64,000 nucleotides of DNA from a virus, in IMG/VR virus record IMGVR_UViG_3300025132_000028, positions 8,664-72,663 of that record. One strand, given 5' to 3'. Below, in pieces: positions 42,060 to 49,911 of this stretch. The translations under genes and the position numbers were made by a program. The notes beneath the pieces were generated by a model that was given only the letters and a program-made list of their open reading frames with translations, searched no databases and had not been told where the DNA came from. Each line of letters begins with the position of its first letter. The stretch's first letter is position 1.

Positions 42060-42707
42060 ATGAAACTAATTAGAGAAGAAATCGAAAATGTAGAAGTCGT
42101 AACTGAAGAAGTTAACGGTAAAAAGAAACTACATATCGAAGGTGTTTTCCTACAGGGTGAAATCAAGAATCGCAATGGACGTATGTATCCAATGAATGTT
42201 CTTGATAAAGAAGTATCACGTTACAACGAAGGTTTTGTAACGAAAGGTCGTGCACTTGGAGAATTAGGGCATCCTGATGGTCCTGTTGTAAACCTTGATC
42301 GTGTTTCTCATAAGATTACCTCTCTTGTAAAAGAGGGTTCAAACTATATTGGAAAGGCGAGAATACTTGATACTCCCATGGGAAAAATAGCAGCTTCTCT
42401 TTTAGATGAAGGAGTAAAACTAGGTGTTTCATCTCGTGGTATTGGTTCTTTAGTCAAGCAAGAAAGTTGCAGTGTAGTCGGTGATGACTTCATCCTTGCA
42501 ACTGCTGCTGATATAGTAGCAGATCCTTCTGCTCCTGATGCTTTTGTTAATGGAGTAATGGAAGGAAAAGAGTGGGTTTGGGAAGGTGGTTCTATTCGCG
42601 AAGCAGCTGCTGAAAAGGCAAGAATTGCTATCGAGAATGCAGTAACCCAACGAGAATTAGAAGAACAGAAACTCTCAATGTTCAATAATTTTCTCTTAAA
42701 TCTATAA
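42060..42707 (+). CDS. g21: Prohead protease gp21
   Basis: MKLIREE, NRNGR.YP, GELGHP, GVSSRG.GS and D.VADPSAPDA motifs. Confidence 0.97.
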   Translation: MKLIREEIENVEVVTEEVNGKKKLHIEGVFLQGEIKNRNGRMYPMNVLDKEVSRYNEGFVTKGRALGELGHPDGPVVNLDRVSHKITSLVKEGSNYIGKARILDTPMGKIAASLLDEGVKLGVSSRGIGSLVKQESCSVVGDDFILATAADIVADPSAPDAFVNGVMEGKEWVWEGGSIREAAAEKARIAIENAVTQRELEEQKLSMFNNFLLNL

Positions 42708-42711
42708 ACTC

Positions 42712-42719
42712 TATAAATA
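42712..42719 (+). promoter_or_regulatory. T4-type late promoter TATAAATA upstream of g22
   Basis: Exact consensus in the intergenic gap. Confidence 0.75.
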
Positions 42720-42772
42720 AGTATAGATTAAAACAATTTTGTAACAATTTTGTTTTTGTCGGAGAGTAAACA

Positions 42773-43870
42773 ATGTCCGTTGGTAACCAATTAAAAGAAA
42801 TGGCAGAAAGCGTAGTAACCAAAGGGGCACAATCTGCAGAACCTATGCAGAAGACCCCCAATTATGTCCCAGGTCAGGCATCTGTAGAAGATCTTGGCGG
42901 GCCATCCCCAGAAAATTACAAACCAGATGATGATTCAGCTAAACTGAAGACTCCATCTGCTGTTGTCGCAAAACCACCAGGAAAACCAGGTGCTAAGGCA
43001 GATTCTATGCCAAAAGCTCCTGATTATGCACCTGGTAAAGGTGGCGCTGACAGTTACAGCACTGGTAGTGGTAAAGCAAAGACTAAGGTTGAAGAGACCG
43101 AAGTTGAAGGTGATGTAGTTGAAGAAGAAAAAATCGAAACTACTGGAGATATTAATATCGATGTCACCGACGACATTAATGCAATGTTTAATGGTGAAGA
43201 ACTCTCCGAGGAATTCAAAGGTAAAGCAGCAACAATTTTTGAAGCTGCTGTTCGTGCTAAAGTTAACGAACTTGCAGAGTCTATCGAAAAGCAGTATGCA
43301 GATGCAGCTGCTGAAGAAGTCACTGAGTTCAAGACTGAACTAACAGAAAGAATTGACAGCTACCTTGAGTACGTTGCCAATGAATGGTTCAGTTCTAATC
43401 AACTTGCAGTTGAGCACGGACTCAAAACAGAAATGACTGAATCATTCCTTAAAGGAATGAAAGGTCTATTTGAAGATCATTATGTATCCATCCCTGAAGA
43501 TAAATATGATGTACTTGAGGCTTTAAGCGTCAAGTTAGATGAAATGGAAACAAAACTCAACGAGCAGATTGAAGCTAACGTCACACTTCACTCAAAACTA
43601 TCTGAGTCTACTAAGGCTGAGATCGTAAGTGAAATATCCCGTGGTTTAGCTGAGTCTCAAAAAGATAAACTCGCCTCTCTTGCAGAAGGTGTTGAGTTTG
43701 AGAGTGAAAAACAATTTACAGAGAAGTTGAATACTATTAAAGAATCTTATTTCTCTAACGGTACAACTACTCAAATTAGTGATCAGGCAGAGGTACCCTC
43801 ATCGGATAAAGGGGAAACCGCATCTATGTCTGCTTACATCAGAGCACTAGGTAAGTACTCTGGAAAGTGA
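42773..43870 (+). CDS. g22: Prohead scaffold protein gp22
   Basis: LSEEFK.KA.TIFEAA, D.YL.YV..EW, ESF..G.K.LF and IKESYF motifs. Confidence 0.95.
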   Translation: MSVGNQLKEMAESVVTKGAQSAEPMQKTPNYVPGQASVEDLGGPSPENYKPDDDSAKLKTPSAVVAKPPGKPGAKADSMPKAPDYAPGKGGADSYSTGSGKAKTKVEETEVEGDVVEEEKIETTGDINIDVTDDINAMFNGEELSEEFKGKAATIFEAAVRAKVNELAESIEKQYADAAAEEVTEFKTELTERIDSYLEYVANEWFSSNQLAVEHGLKTEMTESFLKGMKGLFEDHYVSIPEDKYDVLEALSVKLDEMETKLNEQIEANVTLHSKLSESTKAEIVSEISRGLAESQKDKLASLAEGVEFESEKQFTEKLNTIKESYFSNGTTTQISDQAEVPSSDKGETASMSAYIRALGKYSGK

Positions 43871-43914
43871 TTTTTATATGATTATACAAACTCAAACATC
43901 TCACATTCTCTAAA

Positions 43915-45345
43915 ATGTTAGGCAATGCCAATTACTTAGAGGAGAAGTGGGCTCCTCTTCTCGACGCTGAAGGCGTTGAGAAAATCTCAGACCCACATAG
44001 AAGAGCAGTTACTGCTGCTATTCTAGAGAACCAAGAAAAAGCACTTAAAGAAGAAGCAGGCTTGCTACAAGAAGCACCTACTTCTGGTTTTGGTGGTGCT
44101 CTTTCAGGTGGTGCAGACTTTAAAGGTGGTGCACTTACTTCTACTGGTTCACCCACCGCAGGTTTCGACCCAGTTTTAATTTCATTGATCAGAAGATCAA
44201 TGCCAAACTTGGTTGCTTATGACCTTGCTGGTGTTCAACCAATGAACGGTCCTACAGGACTTATCTTCGCAATGAGATCTAAGTTCGTTAATGACGACGG
44301 TACACTAGGTAGCGAAGCATTATTCAACGAGCCAGATACAACCTTCTCTGGTTTATCAACCGCTAAGGGACAAACACTTGGTGCAGACTACACTGGTGCT
44401 ACTGATGGTGGCGCTGCTGTTGGTTTCGGTACTACCGAGCAACAAGGTGCTAATCCTGGTCTTCTTACTCTTAATGCTGACGGCAAGAGCTACAACGTAG
44501 GTCAAGCAATGAGCACTGCTGAGGCAGAAGCACTTGGTGATGCTGGTAACGCTTTCCGCGAAATGTCATTCAGCATCGAGAAAGTTGCTGTTCAGGCACG
44601 TTCAAGAGCGCTAAAGGCAGAGTACAGTTTGGAACTAGCACAGGATCTCCGCGCTATTCATGGTTTAGATGCTGAGGCTGAACTCGCAAATATTCTCTCA
44701 ACAGAGATTCTTGCTGAGATCAACCGCGAAGTTATCAGAACCATCTATAAGTCTGCTGAGGCAGGTGCTCAGAACAACGTTGCAACCGCTGGTGCGTTTG
44801 ACTTAGACGTTGACTCCAATGGTAGATGGTCAGTTGAGAAGTTCAAAGGTTTACTTTTCCAAATCGAGAGAGACGCTAACGCGATCGCACAAAGAACTCG
44901 TAGAGGAAAGGGTAACATAATCCTATGTTCTTCTGATGTTGCTTCTGCATTAACAATGGCTGGTGTATTAGATTACACACCTGCACTTAATGCTAACCTT
45001 AACGTTGATGACACTGGTAATACATTTGCTGGTACAATCAATGGTAAGTACAGAGTATTCATCGACCCATTCTCAGGTGGTCAGAACGCTTCTGGCGCTC
45101 AGTACTACGTTGTTGGTTACAAAGGTACTTCACCTTATGATGCTGGATTATTCTACTGTCCTTACGTTCCATTACAGATGGTAAGAGCAGTTGGAGAAAA
45201 CACATTCCAACCAAAAATCGGGTTTAAGACTCGTTACGGTATGGTTTCTAACCCATTTGCTGAAGGCGACAATGCTGGTGCAGGTCGTATCTTCGCTGGT
45301 GTTAACAGATACTATAGACGTGTACGTGTTGACAACTTAATGTAA
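43915..45345 (+). CDS. g23: Major capsid protein gp23
   Basis: KW.PLL, DPVLISLIRRSMP, GVQPM.GPTGLIFAMR, ELAQDL.AIHG and FQP.IGFKTRYG motifs. Confidence 0.99.
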   Translation: MLGNANYLEEKWAPLLDAEGVEKISDPHRRAVTAAILENQEKALKEEAGLLQEAPTSGFGGALSGGADFKGGALTSTGSPTAGFDPVLISLIRRSMPNLVAYDLAGVQPMNGPTGLIFAMRSKFVNDDGTLGSEALFNEPDTTFSGLSTAKGQTLGADYTGATDGGAAVGFGTTEQQGANPGLLTLNADGKSYNVGQAMSTAEAEALGDAGNAFREMSFSIEKVAVQARSRALKAEYSLELAQDLRAIHGLDAEAELANILSTEILAEINREVIRTIYKSAEAGAQNNVATAGAFDLDVDSNGRWSVEKFKGLLFQIERDANAIAQRTRRGKGNIILCSSDVASALTMAGVLDYTPALNANLNVDDTGNTFAGTINGKYRVFIDPFSGGQNASGAQYYVVGYKGTSPYDAGLFYCPYVPLQMVRAVGENTFQPKIGFKTRYGMVSNPFAEGDNAGAGRIFAGVNRYYRRVRVDNLM

Positions 45346-45366
45346 GCGAGATGCTTATATTTTTCC

Positions 45367-45395
45367 AAGAGACTCCTTAGGGGGTCTCTTTTTTT
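45367..45395 (+). terminator. Rho-independent terminator after g23
   Basis: aagagactcc-ttag-ggggtctctt followed by a T-run. Confidence 0.85.
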
Positions 45396-45402
45396 GTCAA
45401 GA

Positions 45403-45432
45403 TCTCCTGACACTAAATAATGTTACAGGAGG
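45403..45432 (+). promoter_or_regulatory. Hairpin sequestering the AGGAGG RBS, with late promoter CTAAATA in its loop
   Basis: tctcctg-aca / tgt-ta-caggagg inverted repeat; CTAAATA at 45413-45419. Confidence 0.6.
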
Positions 45433-45441
45433 CTAAGACAA

Positions 45442-45618
45442 ATGTTACACTTATTAGGTAAAGGAATTCAACCAGAATGGGATGATGAGAAGCATGATAG
45501 AGATGAGGTCTTTGCTTTTCTGTGTTACCGTGGAATTCACTATGCAAAAACTGTTTATATAGATTTTACGATGGAAGGTCCATCTTGGTTTCTAAGAAAT
45601 CCTAGAAAGGGGGAGTAG
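45442..45618 (+). CDS. Small protein (58 aa) with a DUF4278-like LxYRG motif
   Basis: Strong RBS AGGAGG upstream; MLHLLGKG...FLCYRGIHY...PRKGE*; below the ORF-track size cutoff. Confidence 0.65.
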   Translation: MLHLLGKGIQPEWDDEKHDRDEVFAFLCYRGIHYAKTVYIDFTMEGPSWFLRNPRKGE

Positions 45619-45697
45619 GCATTTCTTTTTATTAAGAAATACCCGACTAAGTATAAATTTTTTAGTAAATAGTTATGTGTTTAATTCAAAACAATTC

Positions 45698-45850
45698 ATG
45701 CATAATCTAATACCACGCAGCGAATTAGACTCGTGGCAACACAACAGTAGATCAGACGACGAGACGATCAATGACTACTATGAATGTCTAGTTGAATGCG
45801 ATTCAAGACAAAACGAATGCAAACGAATATGTAGAGAAATTCTACAATAA
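45698..45850 (+). CDS. Small four-Cys protein (50 aa)
   Basis: MHNLIP...DYYECLVECDSRQNECKRICREILQ* (Cx3C-x6-Cx3C), followed by a terminator. Confidence 0.7.
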   Translation: MHNLIPRSELDSWQHNSRSDDETINDYYECLVECDSRQNECKRICREILQ

Positions 45851-45854
45851 ATAC

Positions 45855-45879
45855 AGGGGGTCAAGAGACCTCCTTTTTT
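45855..45879 (+). terminator. Rho-independent terminator
   Basis: agggggtc-aaga-gacctcct followed by a T-run. Confidence 0.8.
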
Positions 45880-45899
45880 ATGTAATGAAATAAAAGACA

Positions 45900-46055
45900 A
45901 TGAAAGTCTTAACTCATCCTCTGACGATCTGTAACCTAATCATAGTAGGGTCTCTCGTCATGATCGAAACATTCCACATAAGATATCACGATAGAGGGTT
46001 GACACAATGTGATGGGTCTGTTATAATGAAAGAGTTGGACGCAACATGGGAGTGA
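45900..46055 (+). CDS. Small hypothetical protein with a hydrophobic N-terminal segment (51 aa)
   Basis: MKVLTHPLTICNLIIVGSLVMIETFH...; its 3' part overlaps the sigma70 promoter. Confidence 0.4.
   Translation: MKVLTHPLTICNLIIVGSLVMIETFHIRYHDRGLTQCDGSVIMKELDATWE
45999..46027 (+). promoter_or_regulatory. Consensus sigma70-type (early/middle) promoter
   Basis: TTGACA-N17-TATAAT with an extended TG; directly upstream of the structured RNA. Confidence 0.85.
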
Positions 46056-46215
46056 CTGAATAAACTTACTGGCAACCGCTAGTTAAGGTGATGAGACACA
46101 GGTGGTGCTGCTACGAAAGTAGAACCGATCAACCAATCGGGTCTCAGGCAATAACGTTTTTACTTCTGTAGTAATGCCCGTTATTTGTTGGTATACAGGA
46201 TTCCAACCTCCCTCC
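46047..46215 (+). ncRNA. Structured RNA, probably the manA RNA motif
   Basis: Nested stems gggag/ctccc, tgagac/gtctca, ctac-GAAA-gtag, ccgat/atcgg, aataacg/cgttatt and gttgg/ccaac. It lies upstream of a phosphomannomutase, the typical manA context in cyanophages. The family assignment is from recall, not a covariance search. Confidence 0.7.
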
Positions 46216-46239
46216 TTTTTTATTATGGTTTGTTTTCGT

Positions 46240-46263
46240 AGGGTGGTATGACCACCCTTTTTT
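46240..46263 (+). terminator. Intrinsic terminator between the manA-like RNA and the PMM start codon
   Basis: agggtggt-atg-accaccct followed by T5. Confidence 0.75.
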
Positions 46264-46269
46264 AATGCT

Positions 46270-46989
46270 ATGAAGAAATTTATTTTTGATGTAGACGGGA
46301 CTTTAACAGAAAGTCGAAAACCTATGGACATGGGGTTCATGGCAGAGTTTATAAAGTTTGAATGTAAATTTGATACCTACTTAGTCACTGGAAGTGATAG
46401 AGATAAAACAGTAGAGCAAGTAGGACTTGATGTTTATAATCGTGCTGTTAGAGTTTTTAATTGTTCTGGAGCAGACATATATGTAAGAGATAAGAATGTT
46501 TATAGATCAAAATGGCAACCACCAAGAAGTTTAGTTAATTTTCTTAGTGATGAATTAGATTACAGCACCTTTCCACATAAAACAGGTAATCATATTGAAC
46601 ATAGACCTGGTGGAATAAACTTTAGTATTATTGGAAGGGGTGATAATAGTATGGAATATAGGAAAGAATATGTAAAATGGGATATTAATACTGATGAAAG
46701 AATTAGTATTGCAGATAGAATTATAAATGAGTTCCCTTATTTAAATATTCAGATAGGTGGACAAACAGGATTAGATATATCAGATAATGATAAGAGCCAG
46801 ATATTAAAATATTTTAGTCCTTTTGATGAAATACATTTCTTTGGTGATATGATGAAGGAAGGACAGAACGATTATCCTTTAGCAGAGGCACTAAGGGAAT
46901 GGGGCGGTTATCCGCACTGTGTTAAAAACTGGGAGGATACCCGAACCGAACTCAGAAAATATGTGGAACTTGACACACTTATAGTATAG
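46270..46989 (+). CDS. HAD-IIB phosphomannomutase-like protein (eukaryote-type PMM family)
   Basis: FDVDGTLT..R motif I, VTGSD, IE.R.G.INFS..GR, IGGQ..LDI and FFGD....G.ND. Confidence 0.85.
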   Translation: MKKFIFDVDGTLTESRKPMDMGFMAEFIKFECKFDTYLVTGSDRDKTVEQVGLDVYNRAVRVFNCSGADIYVRDKNVYRSKWQPPRSLVNFLSDELDYSTFPHKTGNHIEHRPGGINFSIIGRGDNSMEYRKEYVKWDINTDERISIADRIINEFPYLNIQIGGQTGLDISDNDKSQILKYFSPFDEIHFFGDMMKEGQNDYPLAEALREWGGYPHCVKNWEDTRTELRKYVELDTLIV

Positions 46990-47003
46990 TGCTATACTAA
47001 ATA
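46970..47003 (+). promoter_or_regulatory. sigma70-type promoter overlapping a late promoter
   Basis: TTGACA-N17-TATACT (46970-46998) runs straight into CTAAATA. Confidence 0.7.
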
Positions 47004-47006
47004 ACA

Positions 47007-47083
47007 TTACGAGGACTCGAAAGATCGTAACCCTGCGTAGAAAAATCACCCTTGTCGGGGGTGACATCATCCGCAGGTTTTTT
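47007..47083 (+). ncRNA. Candidate structured 5' leader RNA of the OMP-like gene
   Basis: Stems ttacga/tcgtaa (with an inner tc-GAAA-ga), cctgcg/cgcagg and tcaccc/gggtga, then a T-run. Confidence 0.5.
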
Positions 47084-47110
47084 AGTATCTGCGAGACAAG
47101 AAAAAAACAA

Positions 47111-47467
47111 ATGATCAAATCAACAATCGCTGCAGTAGCAGCATCTCCATTCCTATTCGCTGGTGCAGCCTTTGCTGGTCCATACGTCAATTTGGAAGCA
47201 ACTGGTTCATACCCTGATGGTTCTTATACATCTGGCGGACTAGAAGCAGTAGTTGGATATGAAGGAGAAACACCTAGTGGAATTGGTTGGTATGTATCTG
47301 GTGGTCCTACAGTGACTCACACAGAAACTACTGATGAGTTCGGTGATGTAGAATTCATTGGATACCTTGGTGGTTCTTATGATAAGTTCTACGGTGAAAT
47401 CTCAGGTGTAACTGCAGAAGACGATATCGACTGGGGTGCTAAAGCAGGTGTGAAGTTCACATTCTAA
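47111..47467 (+). CDS. Small outer-membrane beta-barrel-like protein with signal peptide
   Basis: Signal peptide ending AAFA|GPYVN, alternating beta strands and C-terminal GVKFTF (terminal Phe). Confidence 0.8.
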   Translation: MIKSTIAAVAASPFLFAGAAFAGPYVNLEATGSYPDGSYTSGGLEAVVGYEGETPSGIGWYVSGGPTVTHTETTDEFGDVEFIGYLGGSYDKFYGEISGVTAEDDIDWGAKAGVKFTF

Positions 47468-47472
47468 ATTAG

Positions 47473-47501
47473 TAGACAATAATACATCTAGATGTTATAA
47501 T
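47473..47501 (+). promoter_or_regulatory. Putative sigma70-type promoter
   Basis: TAGACA-N17-TATAAT with an extended TG; the spacer contains the palindrome acatctagatgt. Confidence 0.5.
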
Positions 47502-47502
47502 T

Positions 47503-47527
47503 AGGGTGCGACGGCACCCTTTTTTTA
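47503..47527 (+). terminator. Rho-independent terminator
   Basis: agggtgc-gacg-gcaccct followed by T7. Confidence 0.85.
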
Positions 47528-47558
47528 TGTTGTCAGATAAATAAAAATAAAAGGCGAA

Positions 47559-48098
47559 ATGTCTACGAATCGGTTTTACGCGAAAGAAATACAGAATAGG
47601 AATTATTTGTCCCCAGTAGGGTTCAAGTTTGCACTAACAAAATATCCTAAAGTTTCTTTCCTAGCAAATAGAGCAACAATACCAAGTATCCAAGCAGGTA
47701 CTGCTATCCAACCATCCTACCTTAAGGATGTTAATGTTCCTGGTGATAAACTAGTATATGATGATTTCCAATTAACATTCATTGTGGATGAGAATATGGA
47801 AAATTATATGAGTATTCATAATTGGTTAGTTGGATTAACATATCCAGAATCAGTACAACAATTTACTGATCAAATTGCTGGTGATATGAAAAATCAATTT
47901 AGTGAAGGAACTTTACTTATTCTTAATAGTAGTTTCCAAACTCAGACACAGGTTAAATTTAGGGAACTATTCCCAATATCACTAACTCCTCTTGAGTTCT
48001 TAGCTGATGAAACTGAAACAAACTACTTTACAGCAACAGCATCTTTCAAGTATACTATTTACAATATATTCGCAGCGGACGGTAGAACTCCTTTATGA
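47559..48098 (+). CDS. g3: Tail tube terminator / tail completion protein gp3
   Basis: N.LSP.GFKF, PGDKL.Y..F...F.VDE.MENY and FP.SL..L.F motifs; late promoter-like GATAAATA at 47536-47543. Confidence 0.9.
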   Translation: MSTNRFYAKEIQNRNYLSPVGFKFALTKYPKVSFLANRATIPSIQAGTAIQPSYLKDVNVPGDKLVYDDFQLTFIVDENMENYMSIHNWLVGLTYPESVQQFTDQIAGDMKNQFSEGTLLILNSSFQTQTQVKFRELFPISLTPLEFLADETETNYFTATASFKYTIYNIFAADGRTPL

Positions 48099-48523
48099 AT
48101 CTAAGTGACATTGAAAAGATGTGGGAGAAAGACTCTCGTATCGATCCAGATAATTTACATACAGAATCTCAAAATATTCCTTCTTTACATGCGAAGTATC
48201 ATCAACTTCACAATCAATTTGTGCAACTAAAAATTCAGGCAAAGACTAAGTATGATAATGTTTACTTAGAACGTCATGTTTATTACTCAGGAAAGGCAGA
48301 TCCAGAGATCTATGAGAAAGAACCTTTCCCGTATAAAGTTAGAGATAAAGAAGCAATGGACAGATATATGAGGGCAGATGATAAAGTTGCTCTTGCACAA
48401 CAGAAAATATCTCTCTATGAAATGATCATTAAATACCTTGAGGATATTATCAAATGTATCCATAATAGAAGTTATCATATCAATAATTCTATTGAGTGGC
48501 ACAAGTTCCAAGGAGGATTCTAA
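48095..48523 (+). CDS. uvsY: Recombination mediator UvsY
   Basis: W..D..ID..NL..E...IP.LHAKY, YY.GKA and NRSY.I.N.IEW..F motifs. Confidence 0.92.
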   Translation: MNLSDIEKMWEKDSRIDPDNLHTESQNIPSLHAKYHQLHNQFVQLKIQAKTKYDNVYLERHVYYSGKADPEIYEKEPFPYKVRDKEAMDRYMRADDKVALAQQKISLYEMIIKYLEDIIKCIHNRSYHINNSIEWHKFQGGF

Positions 48524-49428
48524 TGGCAACAAGTTTAGTCACTGGTGGTGCAGGATTTATAGGATCTAATCTAGTGGATAAACTCCTTGAAATGGGACAT
48601 AAAGTTATTGTTATTGATAATGAATATTCTGATGCTCATGATCAGTTTTACTATAATGACAAAGCATATTATGTGAAACAAGATATTTGTAGTTATCAAC
48701 GCACTAGAATTTTTTATCATGATGTAGATTATGTGTTTCATATTGCAGCAGAAGCACGTATTCAACCCGCTGTTGAAAATCCCCTTAATGCAGTTAGAAT
48801 CAATGCTCTCGGTACAGCAACTGTTCTTCAGTGTGCTCGTGAAGCAGGTGTTAAAAAAGTAATGTATTCTTCTACGTCTTCTGCATATGGTCTTGCCAAT
48901 GAATCACCTAATGTAGAAACACAACCTAATGACTGTTTGAATCCATACTCAGTCTCTAAAGTTGCAGGAGAAAATCTATGTAAGATGTATACTGAACTCT
49001 TTGATCTTCCTACTGTCATCTTCAGATACTTTAATGTATATGGTGAGAGACAACCATTAAGAGGACAGTATGTACCAGTGGTTGGTATATTTTTAAGACA
49101 ACTTGCAGCAGGTGAACCACTTACTATTTGTGGTGATGGAGAACAACGTAGGGACTTTGTACATGTCAGTGATGTTTGTAATGCAAATATAATGGCAGCA
49201 ATATCAAATCCTGATGAGGATGCTTATGGTCAGATATATAATATTGGTTGTGGTATAAACTATTCAATCAATCAGATTGCTAATATGATTTCTGATAATC
49301 AGGTTACTCTTCCAGGTCGACCTGGTGAGTGTAGAGTTACCCAAGCAAATACTGATAAGGTAAGAAAAACCTTTGGTTGGAAACCACAAGTAGATCTTGA
49401 AGATTGGATTATTGCTAATGTTTTTTGA
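48523..49428 (+). CDS. NAD-dependent nucleotide-sugar epimerase/dehydratase (GalE/WcaG-like)
   Basis: TGGAGFIGS, YSVSK (YxxxK), RYFNVYG and GDGEQRRDFVHV; ATG overlaps the uvsY stop. Confidence 0.92.
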   Translation: MATSLVTGGAGFIGSNLVDKLLEMGHKVIVIDNEYSDAHDQFYYNDKAYYVKQDICSYQRTRIFYHDVDYVFHIAAEARIQPAVENPLNAVRINALGTATVLQCAREAGVKKVMYSSTSSAYGLANESPNVETQPNDCLNPYSVSKVAGENLCKMYTELFDLPTVIFRYFNVYGERQPLRGQYVPVVGIFLRQLAAGEPLTICGDGEQRRDFVHVSDVCNANIMAAISNPDEDAYGQIYNIGCGINYSINQIANMISDNQVTLPGRPGECRVTQANTDKVRKTFGWKPQVDLEDWIIANVF

Positions 49429-49876
49429 AAAATTGAGTTTGGTTACGGGTGGGTTTGATCCTATCCACAGTGGACATATAAGATATTTTGAGAGAGCAAA
49501 GGATCTTTCAAACTATCTCGTGGTTGGTTTGAATGGAGATCCTTGGTTGAAGAGAAAGAAAGGACAGTATTTTCAATGTTGGACTGAGAGAGCAGAGATT
49601 GTTAGGAATTTAAATATGGTTGATGCTGTCATATCTTGGGAAGATGCAGATGACAGTGCCTGTGGTGCAATTGAAAAGTGTTTGGATATTGCTGATACCG
49701 TTATTTTTTGTAATGGTGGTGATAGAGGTAAATTTAATACACCAGAAACTGATAAGTATGGTGGAGATCCACGAGTACAATTTGAATTTGGTATTGGTGG
49801 TGAAGATAAAATGAATAGTAGTTCATGGATTCTTCATGGGTATTTTGAAAGACAACGTAAGATATTAGGCATATAA
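49418..49876 (+). CDS. Cytidylyltransferase-family (HxGH) nucleotidyltransferase, TagD/RfaE-like
   Basis: TGGFDPIHSGH, NGGDR and K.NSSSWIL motifs. Confidence 0.88.
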   Translation: MFFEKLSLVTGGFDPIHSGHIRYFERAKDLSNYLVVGLNGDPWLKRKKGQYFQCWTERAEIVRNLNMVDAVISWEDADDSACGAIEKCLDIADTVIFCNGGDRGKFNTPETDKYGGDPRVQFEFGIGGEDKMNSSSWILHGYFERQRKILGI

Positions 49877-49911
49877 GACCCATCTAAATAACCATAGATG
49901 ACATGTGGATT

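Noticed and set aside
45698-45850. CP12 auxiliary metabolic gene
   Set aside because: It lacks the CP12 C-terminal C..NP...EC..YD motif and has different Cys spacing.
46083-46340. Minus-strand 85-aa ORF over the structured RNA; also checked for a tRNA
   Set aside because: The region is better explained by the + strand promoter, RNA stems and terminator. No cloverleaf or TTC loop with a CCA end was seen.
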